From positions 1 through 64,000 of the IMG/VR virus record IMGVR_UViG_3300028805_000096: DNA of 64,000 nucleotides; one strand, given 5' to 3'. This stretch comes from a virus (Duplodnaviria; Caudoviricetes). The notes under the pieces were generated by a model. It saw only the letters and a list, made by a program, of their open reading frames with translations. It was not told the DNA's origin and searched no databases. Below, in pieces: positions 37,526 to 46,344 of the stretch. Every line of letters begins with the position of its first letter. The first letter of the stretch is position 1. The translations under genes and the position numbers were made by a program.

Positions 37526-38536
37526 CTAAAATGGTTTTTCTTCTTCCTCCCAGTCTTTGAATCAGCTGAATCCTAAGTCGTCTCTTATCTTTAGGTTTAC
37601 TGCTTCCGTCCAGTCTATGCGTCCCTGTGTGTCCATGAATTTGTCTGCGTTCAGTCTCCTGGCTTTGTATATTGTTATGTTGGTGTAGTAATCGTCTTCT
37701 CTCCACATTATAAGTACTGGTGATGATATTTTTTCTATTGCAGATCAGTCTGCTATGTCGTACATGCGTGGCATTCTTCACTCTCCGTCCATCTGTCTGT
37801 TGAGCTGTTGCATTGCTATTATTGCCACGTTCTTTGTTATTGCCAGCTGTTTGAGTCTTGCCATTATGTTTCTGACTCTCTCTGGTTGGCTGTTTCCTGG
37901 TGCTTCTATCATTCCGATCCAGTCCACGAATATGACCTCGCACCCTCTATTTGCCATCTCTTCTATTGCTTCGGATAGTGTCTCCAGGTTGTAGCAGTCG
38001 TAGGACCTCATGAGGTGTTCTATTGCGAATTTGATTTCGTTTGCCTTGCTCTTGATTCATTCTATCTCCCGTGGTTGGAATTTGTTTATTGTTAGTGCGG
38101 AGTGTCTCACTCTTCCTATCCTGCTGACTATCTTGTCGCAGATTTCCTCTTCCGTCATCTCCAGGGACACGAATCCTACTGCGTGTTCTTTTAGCATGTT
38201 TAGTGCTATGTTTAGTCATAGCGTTGTTTTTCCTCATCCTGTTCTTGCACAGATTGTCATGATGTTTCATTTGACCGCTCCGAAGATTCTATCATCTATG
38301 TCCTTGAATCATGTTGGGATTATGGAGTCGTTGACCTTTCCCTCTATTCTAGCTTTTAGGTCTTGGAGGTAGGTTGATGTCTCCATGATGATTTGTTTCT
38401 CCTCGTGTGGTTCTACTAGCTTTGTGAACTCTGGGAGGAGTGGTGCGATTTCGTCGTACCTGTCTTCTTTGATGAGTTCGGCGATGAGCTGTCCTAGGTT
38501 GCTCTTGTGTGCCTCTTGTTGTTCTTCTGGTGTCAT
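37526..38536 (-). CDS. dnaB: DnaB-like replicative helicase
   Basis: CARTGGGKTT Walker A, FVSLEM, IFVDWIG, AMQQLNR, DGSAIEK. Confidence 0.95.
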
Positions 38537-38561
38537 TTTTGTTTTGGGTTATGGTGTAAAA

Positions 38562-39215
38562 TTAGTGGTAGACTAATGTATTTGGTTTCTCTTCCTTTTT
38601 CTTCAGCTCCCGTTCTCTTATTGGAGTGGTTCATTGGTATCAGGATGCTATGCTTTTTTCTAATGTCATAAGCATTCCCTCTTCACAATCCAGTCCATCT
38701 TTCTTTAATTTATTTACCCGCCTGGTTAGCTGTCCCTTGTCGAATTTGCGGATCTTTGGTCATGCTTTGTACTGGTCGAATACCAATGTTAATTCTATTA
38801 CTTTTTGTGGTAGCTGATACTCTATCTCCAATTTGTTTTTTAATTCTTCCAGTTCCTTTTCTTTTATATTATTCTTATTTATAATATTATGTGGAAGATT
38901 TCTTCCACCCTCTCATGGAAGATTTTTTCCACCCTCCTGGAAGTTTTCTTCCACCCTACCAATTTTGATAGTTCTTTTGTTTCATTCTTTCAGTTCTACT
39001 GTAATGTATCCGTGGTTCTGTAGTTCTGTGATGTGTTCTCTGATTGTTCTTCCTGTCACTCCATATTGTTCTGCTATCCGATCGTTTGTTGCTCGGCAGT
39101 ATCATTTTTCTGCACATAGCGAACTTATGAAGCAGAATAGTAGTTTTGCCTTATCCGATAGTTGTTGGTCGAATAGGACTCTGTTTGGCATTATACCATA
39201 TCCCTGATCCAGCAT
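38562..39215 (-). CDS. replication initiator with N-terminal HTH
   Basis: LSDKAKLLFCFISSLCAEKGYCWATNE; contains iterons; directly upstream of DnaB. Confidence 0.88.
38840..38957. repeat. replication origin: three iterons plus AT-rich tract
   Basis: GGAAGATTTCTTCCACCCT, GGAAGATTTTTTCCACCCT, GGAAGTTTTCTTCCACCCT at 38893-38957 inside the initiator gene, as in lambda O. Confidence 0.8.
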
Positions 39216-39246
39216 GTTTTTGTTTGGTTAGTATGTAAAAGTCTGA

Positions 39247-39585
39247 TTAGTTTATTTTAGTAAGTATTAATTGTCCCACACAGTGCTTATATCACATTCT
39301 CGTTATCAATTCCTCGCAAGTTGTATATAGATTTTTACTATAATTCTTTTCATACTTTAAATCATCTTCCAATTCTCTTATCTTTTTTCTAAGTTCTGCC
39401 TTTTCTCTAGCACTTTCATTTTTCACTTTTGATTTATTGTATTTCTGATTTTCACTGAGTTTAGCCTCTAGATTAAAAATTTGTCTTTTAAGATTATCTA
39501 TCTCAGTATTTTTCTTGACTATCTCTCATTCTAAGAAATTTATCTTTTCTGCTCAGATTTTTTCTATTACTTTTGATATTTCCAT
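39247..39585 (-). CDS. coiled-coil hypothetical protein, first gene of the leftward operon
   Basis: Open frame of 113 codons. Confidence 0.7.
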
Positions 39586-39719
39586 AGCTCTAAGGTAATG
39601 ATATAAAAGTTTGATTATAGAAAAGCACCTCGCTAGGTCGAGTAGCGTGGTGCTTTCCGTGTATTTAAGTCTGACTTTAGCGTCTTACTTAACTCTGTTA
39701 TTCCATACCCTCGACCTGT

Positions 39720-39880
39720 ATGTTCGTCTCTTATATATTTATTATGTTCCTATTTGCAAGACTTTTTTTTGAATAGGTGATAACTTTTGGTTAGCGGATT
39801 TTTCATTTTTTGATTTGATTTTCTTCTACTTTCAAGTATAAGGGGGGTGTTATCATTTATTTATTATTTATTTAATTGCT
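39720..39880. promoter_or_regulatory. divergent early promoter region with palindromic operator
   Basis: Minus-strand TTGCAA..ATATAA; operator GATAAC-N5-GTTAGC at 39779-39795. Confidence 0.6.
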
Positions 39881-40123
39881 ATGAAAGACAGAAACAACAG
39901 AAGTTTACTCGTGGCTATCGACGAGTTCAGGAATTGAAACGTTGAGCCAGGAGATTTGAATTGGGACACTCTTATGTTCTTCTTCGAGGACGCATGTAGA
40001 GAGTTCGCATTGGATAAGTTTTACGAGCAAGGTTACTCTGATCCTGAAGCTCAGGAGATGGTTGACTCTCCTAAAGGTCAAGAGTACTTTGAAGAGTATC
40101 TTGCTATGTATCTCAGGGATTAG
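39881..40123 (+). CDS. hypothetical protein
   Basis: Open frame of 81 codons. Confidence 0.7.
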
Positions 40124-40144
40124 TTTTTATCTTCTTATTATATT

Positions 40145-40711
40145 ATGATCATGGATGAGAAAATGACATTAAGGCAGAAGCTATTCGAGCTTCAGAAATT
40201 ACATCTTCGTATAGGTAAGAATGCGGAGGCTGGATCTGGTTGAAAGTGGAGTTATAAGTACGCCACTTTGGACAAGATTTGGGATGAGATTCAGGACGTT
40301 ATGGATTCTCTTGGTATCCTAGAGTCGTCTTCTATTAAGTACAATGACGCAGGAGCTACATTTGTTTATACGTCGTTGTTTAATATTGACGATCCAGATG
40401 ATACTATCTGCTCTCTATTTCCTTTGGACAATACTTTGTCTCCTCAGGATATGGGAAAGGTAATCACGTATTGACGTAGGTATAATTTGGTTGCTTTGTT
40501 GAATCTCAAGATTGTTTGAGAGGATGACGACGCTCAGGGTGTTGGTGCGAAGAAAGCTTCCATCAATGGTGACAAGTTCGTTGATACTATATTGGATAGT
40601 TGAAATCTTGAAAAGGCGAAGACTTTATTGAGTAAGGTTGAAGCTGGTGAGTATTCTCTATCTCCAAAGAAGTTAGAGACTTTAGTTGCATTTATCGATT
40701 CTAATGTATAG
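40145..40711 (+). CDS. erf: ERF-family single-strand annealing protein
   Basis: YKYATLD, PQDMGKVITYGRRYNL, EDDD. Confidence 0.9.
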
Positions 40712-40712
40712 A

Positions 40713-40946
40713 ATGGATGCGTTACACGCCTCGTGTGAGAATACTGCGAGGCGTAAGATTAAGAAGCTTTGCGATAGTATATTGAGGGATGAGTGAGTTC
40801 TAGTTGGTCTTGCTGATCTCTCCTATCGTGGAGATAATGTTTGGACATTTGTCCTGGTGGATAAATTGCCAGACAAGTGATATTTACTTTGATGAAAGAA
40901 ATATAATGAACGTTGTGAAAACAGAAGAGATCCATATGTATGATAA
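40713..40946 (+). CDS. hypothetical protein
   Basis: Open frame between erf and the exonuclease. Confidence 0.5.
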
Positions 40947-41664
40947 GACTATCATGTTCTATCCCACTTCCCATCAGTACAAGCTGGTGGTGGGTGAGAA
41001 GAAATCTGATTGGCAGACGATTGACTCTGTGTCTCGTATTTGCGGGATTGTAGATAAATCGGACGCTTTATTGATTTGGGCTAGTAGGCTTTGCTCTGAG
41101 TATCTCCTATCACTTCCTGTTCAGAAGAGGACGGATGAAGAGGTGAAGATTGCTGTTAATAAGCACAAGGAGAAGAAAGAGGAAGCTGCTAACATAGGAA
41201 CGTTGGCTCATGCTTGGGCTGAGGAGTATATCAAGAAAGGGGATATTTCTTTTCCTGACGATCCACAGGTTGCTAATGCTGTGAATGGTTTCCTTGAGTG
41301 GAATTCGCAACATGATATCAAGTGGCTTGCGTCTGAACGTTTCGTGTATTCCGACGAGTACAATTACGTTGGTATCTGTGACGCTATTGCAGTTATTGAC
41401 GGGAAGAAGTATTTGGTTGACTTCAAGACTTCGAATAGGATTCGTAAGTTGGAGTACGGAATGCAAACTTCTGCGTATGTATATGCTTATGAGGAGGAGA
41501 CGGGAGAAAGGATTGATGGAGTTATAGTTGCTCGTTTCTCTAAGGACGACATGGACGTACCTTTTGAGGTGTTCGAGTTCAAGAGCGACGACATATTGTT
41601 TTTCTTCGATCTATTCAAGTCTGCTCAGAAGCTTTACAAGGCGAAGAAGCTCTACGACAAGTAG
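40906..41664 (+). CDS. PD-(D/E)xK exonuclease (RecB/Cas4-like fold), partner of ERF
   Basis: GTLAH, ERFVY, GICDAI, LVDFKTS. Confidence 0.88.
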   Translation: MNVVKTEEIHMYDKTIMFYPTSHQYKLVVGEKKSDWQTIDSVSRICGIVDKSDALLIWASRLCSEYLLSLPVQKRTDEEVKIAVNKHKEKKEEAANIGTLAHAWAEEYIKKGDISFPDDPQVANAVNGFLEWNSQHDIKWLASERFVYSDEYNYVGICDAIAVIDGKKYLVDFKTSNRIRKLEYGMQTSAYVYAYEEETGERIDGVIVARFSKDDMDVPFEVFEFKSDDILFFFDLFKSAQKLYKAKKLYDK

Positions 41665-41686
41665 ATTTTATTCTTTATTATTTCAC

Positions 41687-42022
41687 ATGAAACAAAACAT
41701 TTTGAAAATCGTGCTTAGTATCGTTGTCATTTTAATTGTGACGTTTATTATTTTTGGTGGGGTGGTTGTTGTTCGTTCTGCGTTCACTCATGACGATTTG
41801 TGAGCAATAGCAAACGAACTGAACCAGCAAAGAGACGCAAAGCAGGAGTGTTTAGATAATCTCACTTATGAGGAATCGAGACAATCTATATTATGATTCA
41901 CTAAGCCATGTGTTCAGTATGATGAGAGAATTATGGAATTGAAAGCTGAATTGGATTCGTATTTAGTAAAGGATTATATGAAACCTGCGGGTTTAGCGGA
42001 GAGCAGACAAGCTCAACAATAA
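41687..42022 (+). CDS. membrane-anchored coiled-coil protein
   Basis: N-terminal TM segment then coiled coil; ends shortly after a slippery heptamer. Confidence 0.75.
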
Positions 42023-42483
42023 ATCCAGCCACCTGATCTGTTGACCATGTTGTTGAGGTCAACGAAATGGTTGCTGTGGAGGAGGTCGAGGATGTCCTCG
42101 AACCCCTCCCTGAAGTGAAACATTTTACTGGATCTATTCGCCACACATGATATCCTGAGGATTCTCTAGCTCAGAGAGTTGTCAGTTATGCGTATGAGTT
42201 AGGTGGTTTGGATTTCGTTCTTGTGTTTGAGTGTGAGAATGGAACGTATGACATGAATCGTTTGGGTGATCATGGACACGCTCATGGATTGTGTCAGATT
42301 AACGACCATTTCCACAAGAATATTCCAGCTGAATATTTCACGGATTGGAAGTTTGCGGTAGAGTATTGTTATCAGAAATGGAAGTCGGGGACTCCTTTTT
42401 ATGGACCTACGACCAGGAGGACTTCTACCAAATGAATGATGTGCAAGGATTACGTTTTAAATAGATTTGTAATAAATGATTAA
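41908..42483 (+). CDS. lytic transglycosylase / lysozyme-like domain (in the -1 frame of the previous gene)
   Basis: FECENG...HGLCQIN...FAVEYC; start uncertain. Confidence 0.65.
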
Positions 42484-42587
42484 ATGGTTATTTATTATTG
42501 CTACAGTCGAAGTGTGTTTGTTTTGAGTCTGGATTGTATATGAGTGTAGCATTCCGTATTAGTTTTATTTCCTTATTATATATTGCA

Positions 42588-42746
42588 ATGGAAGTATTAT
42601 TAATTATTCTTGGACTAGCAATTTGGGCTGGTCAGGTTATGGCAATTATTGTTTGCTGTAAGAGTGAGTCTCCAAAGTGGTTAAGGGTTTGTGGAGCTAT
42701 TGGATCTATCTTGTTCTTATTAGCATTCTTGTGAAATTCTATGTAA
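42588..42746 (+). CDS. small two-TM membrane protein
   Basis: Hydrophobic 52-aa frame. Confidence 0.55.
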
Positions 42747-42779
42747 TTTATCTGGACCTGCATTTGTAGGTCCATCTAA

Positions 42780-42852
42780 TGCGAGGAGATGCTTTGGTAT
42801 GCATACGACTCTCATAAGGTCGTCGTTCCTGGTTCGAATCCAGGTCTCGCAA
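42780..42852 (+). tRNA. trnM: tRNA with CAT anticodon (Met, or Ile2)
   Basis: Cloverleaf: acceptor TGCGAGG/TCTCGCA, D stem ATGC/GCAT, anticodon loop CTCATAA, T loop TTCGAAT; no encoded CCA. Confidence 0.88.
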
Positions 42853-42868
42853 TGTTGTTGTTTGTAAA

Positions 42869-42901
42869 TAAAAAGCAGAGCTTTGTTGCTCCGCTTTTTT
42901 G
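42869..42901. terminator. bidirectional terminator
   Basis: AAAAGC-A-GAGC-loop-GCTC-C-GCTTTT between convergent units. Confidence 0.7.
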
Positions 42902-42950
42902 TGTAGGAATTATTTTCTCCTACCTCCTCTTTTTCATCCACAAGGCATGT

Positions 42951-43199
42951 TTATATTTGGTTAGGATCTAAATCTTTTTTCTCTTCCCTTTTTATAAGTG
43001 TGTCTGGGTATTCCTTAGGATTCTTGTCCTTGAAGTAGTAGTTGGTTATCTGCATTGCTACGGATAGGAAAGCAACTATTACTCCTGTCTTGTCTTCTAT
43101 GTTTGCGAATACATAGTATCATGTGAAGACACACAGACAGATTATAATTATTAGGAAGACGAGTTTTGTTATAGATAGTTTTTCTCGTAGATTTTTCAT
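42951..43199 (-). CDS. putative holin, module 2
   Basis: MKNLWEKLSITKLVFLII..., homologous to 23279-23518. Confidence 0.7.
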
Positions 43200-43360
43200 G
43201 GTTCTATTTGCAGAATATAAAAGTTTTCTTTTTGATAATGTTTTTATAATACCTATTTAATTTTTTGTATTTTAATGATTCCTATCACAAATAGGATTAA
43301 GAATATAAGAAGGAGAAATAATTTTAGCATATTGGATTAAAGGAAAGGATAAAAGGCTGA

Positions 43361-44938
43361 TTAGTATAACTTAGTTCGGCTTATGTCTGGTTGTACTGCT
43401 TCGTTTTTGAATGGTCTTATTGAACAAGCTCTACTTACGGGGTTATAGCCAGGTTGGTCGGCTCTATTAGCATAAGATTGTTGTCTCGCCGCATTTAATC
43501 AATAAGATAAAGCTAACGCAGTAGATGTCCAAATATATGCTGTGGTATCCCTATTCATAGTGCCTCAGCTTTCTGTAAGTCATCAACATAAAGGTATTTT
43601 AAGATATGAGAGATATTTATCTGCTCAATATCATCATTGTCAGCTACCATTTGCAAAATTCCATAATCACATACTATTTCATAAAGTACCTAGTGCAAGC
43701 ATTTCAGTTCTTGATGGGATATGCCATCATTCAGCACAAGGTCATCTTCTAGCTACTAATGTATCTGTTGTATCCCCCCAGAGATTTACATTTTTGCTGC
43801 TGTCCCAATATGTAGCAGTTATATACGTAGATGAGTTATAATAATTATTAGGTCAGTAGTTTTGTGCATTTACTTGTGTAGGACTTGTAGTGGTAGGTCA
43901 AGTAAACGGAAATCAATAGTTGTTTCATCGCTGGTAAAACTTTCAGCAATTACTTTCGCTCATCGTATCTCAACTAGAATATACAGCTGTTGCTCACAGA
44001 TTTTTATCTGCTATTGTTAGCCAAGTGTTTCAATCACTACTCAGACTTATTAAGTCTTCTGTTTTATTCCAATATATTCAAGCTGTTGTTATAGGTGTTG
44101 CACTAGGTCGTACTTTTGTTTCTCATAGATAGACTGCTTTAGCTGCTCATTCTTCTGTTGTTCATTGGCTTACTCATCATCGGAGATTTCAGTTATCTGT
44201 CGTGTCCCATCTATATGGACTTGATGATACAGTTATAAATGTGTCACTTGAATAATAATTTCAAGGTCAATATACACTAGCATCTACTTTTGTGCTAGAA
44301 GTAGTTACACTTCAAGTTCGTGGAAATCAATAATTATTTCATCGTTGATAATATTTTCAACAGTTTGCTTCTGATAAAGTATCTCAACTATTCCATACTG
44401 TAGTAGCTCATAAGTTTTTATCTGCTATTGTTATCCAAGTCTGTCAGTCACTACTTAATGAAATTAATCACTTTGAGCTATTCCAAAATATTCATCAGCT
44501 TTCTATACTCGTTCAATATAGCTTAGTCCAAGAAGACATAGGCACAACAGGGGAATTCTTGAAACAACGGACAGAGGAACCGTACGTACGGCGGTAGACA
44601 TCCTGAGGATTAAGAGTATCCGAATTGAAGTACAGGTTGTACGCGTAATTAGTATTGCTACGCGAAGAGGACCAATAGTACCCGTAGGAACCCTGACCGT
44701 AAGCACCAGCAGACGAGTTGCTACGGTAACCAGCGAAAGGCAACTTTAATGCTATTCAAAAGTTAGTTCAGTCTGAACTTCATCCACCTAAAGCTGTTCG
44801 GATATTTCTTACAGTTTGCCATTCTGTATTAAGTGGTACGTGGAACCCATCAGGACAAGGTCACTGCATATCACTTATAGTTATACTTCATCAAGCATAC
44901 AGATTTTTTATCTCTTTATCTCATATATAAATACTCAT
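43361..44938 (-). CDS. receptor-binding protein with two Fib_succ_major-like (C-type lectin fold) domains; DGR target
   Basis: GPCPDGFHVP, LPFAGYR, YWSSS, SVRCFK, TIADKNLGA, GKYYQWG. Confidence 0.88.
44569..44740 (-). repeat. DGR-type variable repeat VR-A
   Basis: Aligns to VR-B at offset 910; differences concentrated at codon positions 1-2. Confidence 0.8.
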
Positions 44939-44963
44939 TCTTTTATTTATTAAGAAATAAAGA

Positions 44964-46340
44964 TTAGTCTGTTACAATAGTTATCACATTACTAGATGTT
45001 CAACTAGCTGGTGCTGATGTGGATGTTACTATCTTGTAGAGCTGGTCTCAAACTACTAGGTTTCAAGATACTGTCTGAATTCAAGTTACTCATCACCAAA
45101 GATTTCAATTATCTGTCGTGTCCCATCTTCAATTATATTTTATGAATGTATCACTTGAGTAATAATTTCAAGGTCAATAACTACTTGCATCTACTTGAGT
45201 TGTACTTTGATTTGCTATTGTTCAAGTTCGTGGGAATCAATAATTATTTCATCGTTGATAATATTTTCAACAGTTTGCTTCTGATAATGTATCTCAACTA
45301 TTCCATACTGTTGTGGCTCATAAGTTCTTATCAGCTATTGTTATCCAAGTAGTTCAATCTGAGCTTAATGATATAAGTCAATCTGCAGAACTCCAAAATA
45401 TACCACCTGCTTCTATACTTGTTCAATATAGCTTAGTCCAAGAAGAATTAGGTATAGCTGGGGAATTCCTAAAACAACGTACAGATAAACCGCGCGCACG
45501 GGTGTCGCTATCCTGAGGACGAAGAGCAGTCGAAACGAGGAGCAGTTTGTACGCGCTATAACTATAGTAACGCGAAGAGGACCAATAGTACCCGGTGGAA
45601 CCATGTTCGCTAACACTAGCATCGCCGTAATTACGGTAACCAGCGAAAGGCAGCTTTAATGCTATTCAAAAGTTAGTTCAGTCTGAACTTCATCCACCTA
45701 ATGCTGTCCATACATCATAAACAGCTTGCCATTCAGTTGTTAAAGGTACGTGAAATCCACTAGGTGCAGGTCACTGCATAGCTGTGTAATCTTTTCACTC
45801 ATACGTACCATCCAATCAGATTTCATCATTTGTTATATCTATTCAGTTTCCTGCTGTATAGTTACCACCTGTTTGGATAGTCACATCTCCATACTGTCAG
45901 TTTACACTTGTGACTCAGGTATTTGAAATAGTGTTTCAGTTAATTCAGATTCATGTACCTGGTGTTAGTGTATTTTGTTTTCCCGCTATTGTAGTATCCA
46001 TAGAGCTGATTTTGTCGTAGACAGCGTTTTTACTTGGAGCTTGTGTTGTGTCTCAATTCCATGATGATCCATAAGCTACATCACTTATTATTTGTGGATA
46101 GTCTATATTTACCTCTGTTATGTTTGTTACTTGTCAGAGATTGTTGGTTGTGATTTGTGGAACTTTCTGTCCTGTACCTTTTGCAGTATATGCTGTTTGT
46201 GTATCCAATGTATTTTGTTTTCAGCTTAGGTCTATATTTGCTGTTCCGTTAGACATAACACTAGTTCAGTCGACTTTTACATCTTCTACGGGGAAGTTGT
46301 AATCTGTGTTATTGAATTTAAATTTTTTGAGTCTAGCCAT
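44964..46340 (-). CDS. tail fibre with Fib_succ_major-like domain; DGR target
   Basis: Fibre stalk (APSKNAVYDKI, KQNTL) plus the same lectin-like domain. Confidence 0.88.
45479..45650 (-). repeat. DGR-type variable repeat VR-B
   Basis: Counterpart of VR-A; GC-rich island with mostly A-free invariant codons. Confidence 0.8.
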
Positions 46341-46344
46341 TATA

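Noticed and set aside
38893-38957. CRISPR mini-array
   Set aside because: The repeats are nearly contiguous, lack spacer-length unique sequence and lie in-frame inside the initiator gene; they are iterons. I found no array or cas gene in the window.
40906-41664. Cas4 / CRISPR adaptation gene
   Set aside because: No Fe-S cysteine cluster is evident, and the context next to ERF indicates a recombination exonuclease.
42751-42773. Second tRNA upstream of tRNA-Met
   Set aside because: Only a simple hairpin (TGGACCTGC/GTAGGTCCA), with no cloverleaf or T loop.
43200-43360. Template repeat or RT of the DGR near the target genes
   Set aside because: The segment is AT-rich intergenic DNA with no similarity to the VRs, and I saw no YxDD-type RT frame in the window.
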